Positions 6,385 to 17,307 of a stretch of DNA of 18,252 nt are shown piece by piece. A program made the position numbers and the translations under genes. The stretch comes from Myxococcota bacterium (lineage in GTDB: Bacteria; Myxococcota_A; Polyangia; Polyangiales; Sandaracinaceae). The stretch lies in assembly GCA_036149055.1 (NCBI GenBank), contig JAYZQJ010000118.1, positions 1-18,252 of the forward strand, written 5' to 3'. Every line of letters starts with the position of its first letter. The first letter of the stretch is position 1. The notes under the pieces are model-generated. The model worked only from the letters and a program-made list of their open reading frames with translations, was not told the DNA's origin and made no database searches.

Positions 6385-7707
6385 ATGGCCAAGCAGGCAG
6401 CCCAGACGGCCCGTCGGGGCACGGTACAGGCCGGAAAGACCCGCATCGACGGGACGGCCGAGCCGGACAAGAAGCAGCTGGCGGAGGCGGACGCCGAAGC
6501 GAAGAAGGCTCTGAAGGAGTTCGAGCGCCAGGGCGGTGGCGACTCGACGCTCTCGAAGTACTTCCGCGAGATGGCGAACCACCGCGTCCTGACCCCCCAG
6601 GAGGAGGTCGAGGCGGCCCAGGAGGTGGAGCGCCTCGAGATCGGTTACTGGGAGGCGCTGTTCTCGTACGCGCCGGCCTTCGAGACGGTGGCGGCCGTCA
6701 TCGAGCGCTACGTGACCGAGGAGCCCCTCCCGGAGGTGGCCGTGATGCGCAAGATGGCGCGCTCGGCGACCCGCGGGAAGCTGTCCAAGAAGTCCCAGGC
6801 CAAGTGGGACGAGACCGGCCTGGAGCTCGCCACGAAGCTCCGCGGGCTCGACTCCGACCGCATCTTCGTGAACCAGTCGGACAAGGCCGTGCACCGGCTC
6901 GCCGGCGACTTCGCGGTCGACCGCGACATGCTCGGCGACGAGGTGCGCATCACCCCGGCGTTCAAGAAGTACCTGAAGACGGTGGAGCGGGCGAACGGCG
7001 CCCAGCAGCACGCGAAGAACCGCTTCGTGGCCGCCAACCTGCGCCTCGTGGTCAGCATCGCGCGCCGCTACAACCGCGGCCGGCTGCCCCTGATCGACTT
7101 GATCCAGGAGGGCAACATCGGCCTCATGAAGGCGGTCGAGCGCTTCGATCACAACCGCGGCTACCGCTTCAGCACGTACGCCTCGTGGTGGATCCGCCAC
7201 GCGATCAGCCGGGCCCTGGCGGACAAGGGCCGCGCGGTCCGCATCCCGGTCCACATGCTCGACACCTACAACCGGGTGGCGCGGGCGACGCAGGCCATCG
7301 CGACCCGCACCGGCAAGGAGCCGACCCCCGAGGAGCTCGAGAAGGAGACGGGGATCGCGGCCGAGAAGCTCGAGAAGATCAAGGGCTACTGGGCCGAGAC
7401 GCCGTTCTCGCTCGACCGCCCGGTCAACGACGAGGACGGCCGGAAGTTCATCGACTTCCTCGAGCAGGAGAACGTCCCGACGCCCTACGAGCAGCTGGTC
7501 AGCAAGACCTGGGGCGAGGAGCTCCGGCGGCTGCTCGAGACCCTGACGCCGATGGAGGCGCGCATCCTCCGCTGGCGCTTCGGCCTCGACGACGAGGACG
7601 AGCTGACGCTCAAGGAGATCGGCGACAAGTACAACCTGTCCCGCGAGCGCATCCGCCAGCTCCAGGAGCAGGCGCTCGGCAAGATCCGGCGCCAGATCAA
7701 GGAGTAG
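6385..7707 (+). CDS. RNA polymerase sigma70-family factor (RpoD/RpoS-like, lacking region 1.1; probably an alternative group-2-type sigma), 440 aa
   Basis: ATG 6385 with AGAGGAG upstream. Region 1.2 [11 protein letters not shown]...LTPQEE, then a ~125-aa non-conserved insert. Region 2 [13 protein letters not shown]...[18 protein letters not shown]...[11 protein letters not shown], region 3 RIPVHM...SLDRP, region 4 TLKEIG...SRERIRQ. Confidence 0.95.
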   Translation: MAKQAAQTARRGTVQAGKTRIDGTAEPDKKQLAEADAEAKKALKEFERQGGGDSTLSKYFREMANHRVLTPQEEVEAAQEVERLEIGYWEALFSYAPAFETVAAVIERYVTEEPLPEVAVMRKMARSATRGKLSKKSQAKWDETGLELATKLRGLDSDRIFVNQSDKAVHRLAGDFAVDRDMLGDEVRITPAFKKYLKTVERANGAQQHAKNRFVAANLRLVVSIARRYNRGRLPLIDLIQEGNIGLMKAVERFDHNRGYRFSTYASWWIRHAISRALADKGRAVRIPVHMLDTYNRVARATQAIATRTGKEPTPEELEKETGIAAEKLEKIKGYWAETPFSLDRPVNDEDGRKFIDFLEQENVPTPYEQLVSKTWGEELRRLLETLTPMEARILRWRFGLDDEDELTLKEIGDKYNLSRERIRQLQEQALGKIRRQIKE

Positions 7708-7741
7708 CCCACCAGGCGCCTTGTCGCCCCTTCGAACCGTG

Positions 7742-7782
7742 AGCCCCGCCCCGGCGTCGACCGGAGGCGGGGCTTCGTCTTT
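7742..7782 (+). terminator. Intrinsic terminator-like hairpin between the convergent sigma factor and dacB genes
   Basis: AGCCCCGCC-CCGG-cgtcga-CCGG-a-GGCGGGGCT is followed by an interrupted T-rich tail (tcgtcttt), about 35 nt after the sigma stop codon. Confidence 0.7.
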
Positions 7783-7863
7783 CAGGTCCGAAATGACGCC
7801 TTACAAGGCCGAAATGGCACGAAGTGTGTGGCCTGGGCGGGTGTTCAGGGGACTGGCGAGCCT

Positions 7864-9285
7864 CTACCGGTGCAGGTGACGGGCGAGCGTCGTCGCGATC
7901 TGGTCGGCGAGCCCGCGGGCCGGTCCGTGGCGGCCTCGGACGTCGTTGGCGAGGTAGCTGAAGGCGTACGCCTGCCCCGGCTCGGGGCCGAGCACGTAGC
8001 CGGAGAGGGCGATGACGCCGGCGAGGGTGCCGGTCTTGGCGCGCACCACCCGCGGGGCCGGCAGATCGCCGAGGCGCCGCCGCAGGGTGCCGTCGACGCC
8101 CCCGACCGCGAGCGAGCCGACGTACTCGGCGCGGATGCCCGGGTCGTTCCAGGCCGCGCGCAGCACCTCGGTCAGCCGCTGGGGCGCGATGAGGTTCCCG
8201 TCGAAGAGCCCCGAGCCGTTGACGATCTCGACGCCCTGGAGCCCGACGCCGGCCTCCTCGAGCTCCGCCCGCACCGCCGCGACCGCGTCCTCGGCCCGGC
8301 CCGGACGATGCCGCTCGGCGCCGATCACCTTGAAGAGCATCTCCGCGACGAAGTTGTCGCTCCACTTCCCGAGGGCGTGGATCAAGGTCGCCACCTGGTC
8401 GCTCTCGGTGGAGGCGAGCAGGGCGGCCCCGTTCGGGGTATCACCGACGCTCACGCCGTCGCCCACCCGGATGCCCTGGGCCCGCAGGGCCTCGGCGAAG
8501 ACGTAGCCCACCCAGGGGAGCGGGTTCTCGATCCGGCGCCGGTAGGACACGCCCCGCACGTCGACCGGGATGGTGCCGCTCACCCGCAGGGTCATGCGGG
8601 GGCCGTCTCCGCGTTGATCCGCGATCACGTTGAGCCGGCCGGGCTCGGCGGTGGTGATGCGGTTCTGGAGGTCGAAGTAGCCGGCGCCGGCCAGCCGGAC
8701 CTGCGCCGAGGCGCCGACCTCGCCGCCGGGCAGCACGCGCAGCACGTAGGCGTTCCGATCGACCGCGATCGCGGAGATCGGCGCCCGGAACGCCGCGACC
8801 TCGTTCGGCTGCTGTCCGAACGCCGGCGGGAGGATCTGATCGTCGAAGTAGGTGGCGTCGACGATGATCCGGTCGACCCGCCGCACCCCCTGGTCGGCCA
8901 CGTCGGCGGCGAGCGCCATCAGATCGCCGCGGGTGAGATCGGGGTCGCCGTAGCCCCGGAGCGCGAGCCCCCCGCGGACGGCGTCTCCCTCGAGGTTGCC
9001 GTAGACCGCGGTGCGCATGGTGAAGTCCGGCCCCAGCGCGCGCAGGGCCGCGAACGCGGTCACCAGCTTCTGGTTCGACGCCGGGTTCATCGGCCGCTCG
9101 GCGTGGTGCTGGAAGATCGGCCGCCCGCTCTGGGCGTCGATCACCGCGATCCCGACGTCGTCGCTCAGCCCCGACTCCGAGACCAGCCGCCGCAGCTCGC
9201 CCACCAGCTCCTGCGCCTCGGCGGTCGCCGGCCGCCCCAGGAGGAGCACCAGCAGCGAGAAGAACCCGATTGTCGTCCAACGCAT
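7864..9285 (-). CDS. dacB: D-alanyl-D-alanine carboxypeptidase/endopeptidase (PBP4, peptidase S13), 473 aa
   Basis: Signal peptide MRWTTIGFFSLLVLLLGRPATAEA. SxxK (PASNQK), GYGDP, SxN (WSDNFVAE), NGSGL and KTG (AKTGTL) motifs. GGAGG lies upstream of GTG-ATG at 9288/9285. Confidence 0.95.
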   Translation of the reverse strand: MRWTTIGFFSLLVLLLGRPATAEAQELVGELRRLVSESGLSDDVGIAVIDAQSGRPIFQHHAERPMNPASNQKLVTAFAALRALGPDFTMRTAVYGNLEGDAVRGGLALRGYGDPDLTRGDLMALAADVADQGVRRVDRIIVDATYFDDQILPPAFGQQPNEVAAFRAPISAIAVDRNAYVLRVLPGGEVGASAQVRLAGAGYFDLQNRITTAEPGRLNVIADQRGDGPRMTLRVSGTIPVDVRGVSYRRRIENPLPWVGYVFAEALRAQGIRVGDGVSVGDTPNGAALLASTESDQVATLIHALGKWSDNFVAEMLFKVIGAERHRPGRAEDAVAAVRAELEEAGVGLQGVEIVNGSGLFDGNLIAPQRLTEVLRAAWNDPGIRAEYVGSLAVGGVDGTLRRRLGDLPAPRVVRAKTGTLAGVIALSGYVLGPEPGQAYAFSYLANDVRGRHGPARGLADQIATTLARHLHR

Positions 9286-9379
9286 CACGCCTCCCTCTAC
9301 CACGGCCCGCGGGCGCCAGATTCCCTGCCGCGCGACCGGCGGCTTGTCGAACCGAGGTCGGTGAGGCAGGTTCGCGCCG

Positions 9380-10684
9380 ATGATCTTGCGGGACCCGGTG
9401 CACGGCCTCGTGGCCTTCGAGGGCGAGGCGGAGCGGGTGGTGATGGCGCTGATGGCCACGCGCGAGGTGCAGCGGCTGCGGCGCGTCCGGCAGCTCGGGC
9501 TGACCTCGCTGGTCTTCCCGGGCGCGGAGCACTCCCGGTTCGCGCACGCGATCGGCGCGGCTCACGTCATGGTCCGGCTGCAGGGCCACGTGCGGTCGCG
9601 GTCCGACGCGCTCCCCGAGGGCGAGCGGCTCGACGCGGCGTCGGCGCGGGAGGCGATCGCGGCCGCGCTCCTCCACGACCTCGGGCACGGCCCGTTCTCC
9701 CATCTCTTCGAGGAGGTGCTGCCCGACGGACGGGCGCACGAGTCGTGGACGGTCGACGTGCTCCGGGATCCGGGCACCGAGGTGCACGCGGCGCTCGAGG
9801 GGCTGGGGGAGGGCACGGCGGAGCGGGTGGCGTCCCTGCTCGTCGGCGAGCACCCGGTCCCCTGGCTCGGCCGGACCATCTCCGGGAAGCTCGACGTGGA
9901 TCGCTGCGACTACCTGCTGCGCGACAGCCACATGACCGGGGTCCGCTACGGGCTCTACGATCTGGACTGGCTGCTGCGGGCCCTGTGCTTCGCGGCGCTG
10001 CCCTCCGGCGAGCACGTGCTCGCCATCGAGGGCCGCAAGGGGCTGCCGCCGATCGAGGGCTTCTTCCTCGCGCGGCAGTTCATGTACCAGCAGGTCTACC
10101 ACCACAAGGCCACGCGGGCGGCGGAGTGCCTGATCCGTGCGATGTTCCGGCGCCTCGCCGAGCTCATCCAGGACGGGGCCGCCCCGCCGGGCACGCCGGC
10201 CGCGGTGCGGGCCGCGGTGCTCGGGGAGCCCCTCGACGTCGGCAGCTACCTGGAGCTCGACGATCCGCTGCTCATGAGCTGCTTCGCCACCTGGGAGCGG
10301 GCGGCCGATCCCCTGCTGGCGGACTTCGCCGCGCGCCTACGTCACCGGCGCTTGCCGAAGACCATCCCGCTGCCCGACCGGGCCGAGGACGCCGCGGTGT
10401 GGGACGAGGCCCGCCGCCGCGCCGAGGAGGTCGCCGCCGCCCGAGGCCTGCGCCCCGAGCTCTCGGTGTGGCTCGACGTGCCCGACGACGCCCCCTACGA
10501 GGAGCCCGAAGGCGACGGCCCCGACGGCCTCTGGGTCACGGTCAGCCACCGCCCGCTGGTGCGGCTGGGCGAGATGTCGTTCCTCTTGAGGCAGCTCCGC
10601 AACCAGACCATCGTGCGCCCGCGCCTGGTGTTCGTGGACGAGCTCCGCGACGACATCGAGCGCGCGGTCGAAGGAGTCCTGTGA
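9380..10684 (+). CDS. HD-domain phosphohydrolase of the SAMHD1/EF1143-like dNTP triphosphohydrolase family, 434 aa
   Basis: Motifs RDPVHG, QRLRRVRQLG, FPGAEHSRFAH, ALLHDLGHGPFSHLFE, LDVDRCDYLLRDS and R-x-FMYQQVYHHK. Confidence 0.92.
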   Translation: MILRDPVHGLVAFEGEAERVVMALMATREVQRLRRVRQLGLTSLVFPGAEHSRFAHAIGAAHVMVRLQGHVRSRSDALPEGERLDAASAREAIAAALLHDLGHGPFSHLFEEVLPDGRAHESWTVDVLRDPGTEVHAALEGLGEGTAERVASLLVGEHPVPWLGRTISGKLDVDRCDYLLRDSHMTGVRYGLYDLDWLLRALCFAALPSGEHVLAIEGRKGLPPIEGFFLARQFMYQQVYHHKATRAAECLIRAMFRRLAELIQDGAAPPGTPAAVRAAVLGEPLDVGSYLELDDPLLMSCFATWERAADPLLADFAARLRHRRLPKTIPLPDRAEDAAVWDEARRRAEEVAAARGLRPELSVWLDVPDDAPYEEPEGDGPDGLWVTVSHRPLVRLGEMSFLLRQLRNQTIVRPRLVFVDELRDDIERAVEGVL

Positions 10685-11694
10685 TGAAGCGCGTTTGGGT
10701 CTGCCTGCTGCTCTGCGTCAGCGCGACCGCCTCCGCGGACGAGGCGGCGCCGGTCTCGCTCGAGCTCGCGCCGTGGGCCTCCTTCGACGGGGTCGACCGA
10801 CCGTATCGCTACGTGGTCGAGCTGCGCCCGCGGGGCACCGACCCGGTCGAGGTCGTCGCCGATCGGCGGCTCCTCTCGTTCGAGGTCCGGCCGAACGACA
10901 GCCGCCGGCGCTACCGCTGCCGACACCCGCAGGCGCCCCGCAGCGCCCCCGAGTCGCGCGTCCGCACGCTCACCCCCGGCGGGGCGGAGGACGGTTCGTG
11001 GCGCGAGTGGATCGATCTCCGGATGTACTGCACCGGCCGGGCGCTCCGGGCCCTGGACGGCGGCGCCGAGGTGCGCGTTCGCTACGGCTGGCCGCGGCGC
11101 ACGCGGCGGCGCTGGGTGACCCGGGCGCCGGGATCGAGCTGGCGGAGCTGGACCGGCGGCCTCGAGCACGAGCCGCTGGTCTTCCCGCTGATGCCCGAGC
11201 TCGGCACCCGCCGGCTGGACACCGAGGACGGCGCCTCGCTCGTGGAGGCGGAGCTCCTCCCGGGCAGCGCGCGCACCGAGGCCGGGGTGCGGCTCCGGAC
11301 CGCGCTGCGCGCGACCGAGGGGAGCCATCAGGTCTACGTGCGCCCCGACGACTGGTCCTTCCGGGTCGAGGGCCCGGACGGCGTGACGATCTGCCGGGCG
11401 CCCCGCGGCGGCGGCGATCCCCCGCCCGATCTCTACCGCCGCGTCACCACGCGGGCCGCCGTGCGCCACACCCTCGAGGCGAGCTTCTTCTGCCCGCGCG
11501 GCACCTTCGAGCGCGCGGGCGTCTACGAGGTGACCCCGAAGCTCCGCCTCGAGCACTCCGGCGAGGCCTACGGGCTGGACGCGCTGGTCGGTCGGTTCAG
11601 CGGCCCGCCCGCGCCCATCCGCGTCACGCGCGGGGAGGGCGGCTACGTCGAGCAGGTGCCGCAGGCGCCGGACGAGGCGGAGGCGGATGAGTGA
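10684..11694 (+). CDS. Secreted hypothetical protein, 336 aa, with two similar beta-rich domains
   Basis: This is the real C-terminal part of the 7828..11694 track ORF. The ATG overlaps the HD gene stop (TGATG). Signal peptide MKRVWVCLLLCVSATASA-DE; GC3-biased codons. Confidence 0.8.
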   Translation: MKRVWVCLLLCVSATASADEAAPVSLELAPWASFDGVDRPYRYVVELRPRGTDPVEVVADRRLLSFEVRPNDSRRRYRCRHPQAPRSAPESRVRTLTPGGAEDGSWREWIDLRMYCTGRALRALDGGAEVRVRYGWPRRTRRRWVTRAPGSSWRSWTGGLEHEPLVFPLMPELGTRRLDTEDGASLVEAELLPGSARTEAGVRLRTALRATEGSHQVYVRPDDWSFRVEGPDGVTICRAPRGGGDPPPDLYRRVTTRAAVRHTLEASFFCPRGTFERAGVYEVTPKLRLEHSGEAYGLDALVGRFSGPPAPIRVTRGEGGYVEQVPQAPDEAEADE

Positions 11695-11890
11695 TCCCGT
11701 CGCGCGGCGGCTGGCGGCGGCCGCCCTCGGGGTGGCCCTCGTCGCGCTCGTGCTCGCCGGCTGGGCCCTGCACACGCAGCAGCGCTCGGAGGAGCGCCTC
11801 CGCGAGATCGGGCAGGAGCTGCAACGCAACCTGACTCCGGCGCTCCCGCTCCAGGGGCCGGGGCCCGACCTGGATTGGGACGACACCTGA
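11687..11890 (+). CDS. Small single-pass membrane protein, 67 aa
   Basis: Overlaps the upstream gene by 8 nt, with GGAGG upstream of the ATG. The hydrophobic helix LAAAALGVALVALVLAGWAL is followed by a coiled-coil-like stretch and an acidic tail. Confidence 0.65.
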   Translation: MSDPVARRLAAAALGVALVALVLAGWALHTQQRSEERLREIGQELQRNLTPALPLQGPGPDLDWDDT

Positions 11891-11896
11891 CGTCCG

Positions 11897-11926
11897 TTGA
11901 ATTCCCGCGCCGCGGGGCGATACGTT
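11897..11926 (+). promoter_or_regulatory. Candidate sigma70-type promoter for the NtrC-family gene
   Basis: TTGAAT-N18-TACGTT, ending 11 nt before ATG 11938. No Shine-Dalgarno sequence. Confidence 0.5.
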
Positions 11927-11937
11927 CTGGCTGACCG

Positions 11938-13287
<1,350 letters not shown>

Positions 13288-13297
13288 GCGTCCTCCC

Positions 13298-13324
13298 TTT
13301 CATTACTGAAACGCCCCGTTTTCA
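13298..13324. promoter_or_regulatory. Candidate enhancer (UAS) for a sigma54 activator: palindrome TTTCA-N4-TGAAA plus a second TTTCA half-site
   Basis: tttcattactgaaa at 13298-13311 and tttca at 13320-13324 (22-bp offset), about 90-115 bp upstream of the predicted sigma54 start site. Confidence 0.55.
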
Positions 13325-13385
13325 CGTCCGGGGCTGGGGGTGGGGGGATCGCGTTCGAACCCCTGCGTTTTGGGCTGCGACCGGG

Positions 13386-13401
13386 AGGCACGCCGGTTGC
13401 T
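13386..13401 (+). promoter_or_regulatory. Sigma54 (-24/-12) promoter for the single-domain response regulator
   Basis: AGGCACGCCGGTTGCT, with GG (13387-88)-N10-GC (13399-400). It matches consensus except for the first base. Confidence 0.8.
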
Positions 13402-13444
13402 TGACAACATGGCACCCCCCTCGAACCCCCAGGCACCACCCCCG

Positions 13445-13840
13445 ATGACGCCGCGCATCCTCATCGTCGACGACCAGGAAAACCACCGTAAGAGCCTCGC
13501 CATCGGGCTCAGGCTGGAGGGCTACCAGGTCCTCGAGGCGGAGGACGGCGAGTCGGCCCTGGAAGTCCTCGGCGCCGAGAGCGTCGACCTCGCGATCGTC
13601 GACCTCATGATGCCCGGCATCAACGGCCTCGATCTGGCCCGGCGGATGCGCTTCCGGCACCCCGAGGTCGGCGTGGTGCTCACCAGCGCCTACCACCTCT
13701 CGGAGCGTCAGCTGCAGCGGGCGGAGATCCGGGTGATGGGCTTCGTGCCCAAGCCGTTCGAGATGACGGAGCTGGTCCGGTTCCTCCAGGCGAAGCTGCC
13801 GGCCCCGGCCCCCGTGCCGGCCGACGTCGCCGCCGGCTGA
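13445..13840 (+). CDS. Single-domain response regulator (receiver only), ~131 aa
   Basis: RILIVDD, AIVDLMMPGINGLDL (phosphoacceptor Asp), LTSAY and PKPF motifs; no output domain. The start at 13445 is preferred because the alternative ATG at 13409 lies just upstream of the predicted sigma54 TSS (~13412). Confidence 0.9.
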   Translation: MTPRILIVDDQENHRKSLAIGLRLEGYQVLEAEDGESALEVLGAESVDLAIVDLMMPGINGLDLARRMRFRHPEVGVVLTSAYHLSERQLQRAEIRVMGFVPKPFEMTELVRFLQAKLPAPAPVPADVAAG

Positions 13841-13844
13841 GGCC

Positions 13845-15238
<1,394 letters not shown>

Positions 15239-15242
<4 letters not shown>

Positions 15243-16396
15243 GGCGCACCTCCGAAGGCGGCGTGCAGCGCGCGGACCGCGTCGTCGATCTCGGCGGTCG
15301 GCAGGATGGCGCTCCACCGCAGCGGCGCGGTGTGCACCGAGCCGGGCGAGAAGCCGGCGGCGGTGAGCACGTCGAGCGCGCGCCGGAGCGCGCCGGGGCG
15401 CTCTCCCAGGGCGCCGGACACGACGCTCACCGCGCCGAGGTCTCGCTCGACCTCCACTCCGGCTCCGAGCCCCGAGAACGCCTCCCTGGGGTCGGTGGGG
15501 CAGGCCAGCAGGAGCCGCGCCTCGTCGCCCTCCACGCTGGAGGCGCGCACGCTCGCCCCGATCGACTCGGCGAGGTCGAGGGCGCGCCCGAGGGCCGCGG
15601 CCCCGCCGCCGAGCCGGACCCGCGCGAGGTCCTTGCGCCCCACCACCGCGGCGCCGGCCCCCTCGGCTCCGGCGTGCACGACCGACTCGCGCCCGGCGGC
15701 GAAGGTAGAGCGGGCGTGGATGGCGATCCGGGCGCGCCGGGCGAACTCCACCGCGGTCGAGTTCAGGACCTTCGCGCCCGCCTCGCTCATCTCCTGCATC
15801 TGCTCGTAGCTCAGCTCCGGCAGGTGATGGGCGTCCGGGACCACCCGCGGGTCGGCGCTGTAGACGCCGTCGACGTCGCTGTAGATCTCGGCGCGCTCGG
15901 CGCCGCGCGCGGCCGCGAGCGCGACGGCGGTGGTGTCGCTCCCGCCCCGGCCGAGGGTGGTGATCTCGCGCCGGTAGCTCATGCCCTGGTAGCCGGCGAC
16001 GATGACGACCTTGCCCCGCGCCAGCTCGTCCTCGATGCGGAACGGGCGCACCTCGATGATGCGGGCGTCGAAGTGGCGGTCGTTGGTGATGATGCCGCTC
16101 TGGCTGCCGGTGAACGAGATGGCGTCCTGGCCGAGCTTCTGGATGGCCATCGACAGGAGCGCCATCGAGACGCGCTCGCCGGTGGTCAGCAGCATGTCCA
16201 GCTCGCGGCGGGGCGGATCGCCGTCGATCTGATGGGCGAGCCCGAGCAGCTCGTCGGTGGTCTTGCCCATCGCGCTGACGACGACGACGACGTCCTCGCC
16301 CGCGGCGCGGGTGGCGGCCACGCGCTCGGCCACGCGCTTCAGCTTGGGAACGTCGGCGACCGAGCTCCCCCCGAACTTCTGCACGACGACGGTCAT
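15239..16396 (-). CDS. lysC: Aspartate kinase (monofunctional), ~385 aa
   Basis: [55 protein letters not shown] and GAKVL motifs; divergent C-terminal ACT-like region. An alternative start exists at 16414. Confidence 0.93.
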
Positions 16397-16467
16397 GGGG
16401 GGCTGGTCTAGCATCCCTCCGACCGAAACTGCGAGCCCGGGCGAGCCGCGGGCTATCCTGGGCGGGC

Positions 16468-17307
16468 ATGCTCCGCGCCCCCGAGCTGGCCGACGCCGCG
16501 TCGCGCGCCGCCGAACGATTCGGAGACGCGTTCGCCGCCGCGACGCGCCTCACCCGCGACCGCGAGGCGGCCCGCGATCTCGCGATCGAGGCCCGCGCCG
16601 TCTTCGAGTCGCTCCTCACCGGGCTCGACGCCTGCGAGGGCCCGCACCCCACGCGCCCCGAGCTGCGCGAGGCGCTCGCGCTGGTCAGCCTGCTCGGTCG
16701 GCGGGCCGGCGACCTCGAGGTGACGCCGAGCGCCGCGCTCGCGCTCGCCCCCGCGCTCGTGTCCGCCGCTCAGGCCGAGGTCGACGCGGAGCTCTCGGCC
16801 CTCGCGACCCCGATCGCCGAGCTGCTCCTCGAGGGCTACGTGATGGCGCGCGAGGACCGGCTCCGCGAGCGCGGCGCGCGCGCCCTCGCCGACGCGGTCC
16901 CCATCCTGGAGGCGGCGCCCGGCTGCCTGGTGTTCGCGCCCGGCGGCGAGCAGGCGCCCGAGGAGCTCGAGCGGGTGGGGGAGGAGCTCGGGCGGCGGCT
17001 GCTGGCGCGAGACGCCAAGGCCTGCCTGGTGGACGCGGCCGGGCTGACCCCGTCCGCCGGGGTGGCGCGCCCGCTCTTCGCCGTGCACGTCACCGCGAGA
17101 ATGCTCGGGGCCCGCTGCCTCTTCAGCGGGCTCGACGACGCGCGGTGGGCCGCGCCGTGCCGGGAGGCCGGGCTCACCCTGGCCGAGCTCGAGCGGGTGG
17201 AGCGCTTCGCGGACGGCCTCCGGATCGCGCTCGAGACCTGCGACCTCGAGCTGCGGCACAAGAGCGGCCTCGGCAACGTGCTCCGGCGCCTGCTCGACCG
17301 CGATTGA
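16468..17307 (+). CDS. RsbR-like protein: helical N-terminal domain plus degenerate STAS domain, 279 aa
   Basis: The C-terminal [17 protein letters not shown]...[11 protein letters not shown]...[13 protein letters not shown]...AGLTL parallels the RsbR STAS pattern (P-IP....V-PLVG...VLIDITGV...RLVGAKCLLAGI...LGIDL), recalled from memory. Confidence 0.7.
   Translation: MLRAPELADAASRAAERFGDAFAAATRLTRDREAARDLAIEARAVFESLLTGLDACEGPHPTRPELREALALVSLLGRRAGDLEVTPSAALALAPALVSAAQAEVDAELSALATPIAELLLEGYVMAREDRLRERGARALADAVPILEAAPGCLVFAPGGEQAPEELERVGEELGRRLLARDAKACLVDAAGLTPSAGVARPLFAVHVTARMLGARCLFSGLDDARWAAPCREAGLTLAELERVERFADGLRIALETCDLELRHKSGLGNVLRRLLDRD

Noticed and set aside
6385..7707. Calling the sigma factor rpoD/sigA or rpoS
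   Set aside because: It lacks acidic region 1.1, deviates in regions 2.4 and 3.0, is not in dnaG or nlpD context, and is preceded by a sigma54 box. Orthology needs a phylogeny.
9380..10684. Calling the HD gene a defence-island dGTPase
   Set aside because: Its motifs fit the widespread SAMHD1/EF1143-like family, and it sits among core genes with host-like codon usage and no mobile or defence neighbours.
7828..11694. 1288-aa ORF as a giant protein
   Set aside because: It is an antisense shadow of dacB followed by an off-frame reading of the HD gene. Only the part from 10684 is protein-like.
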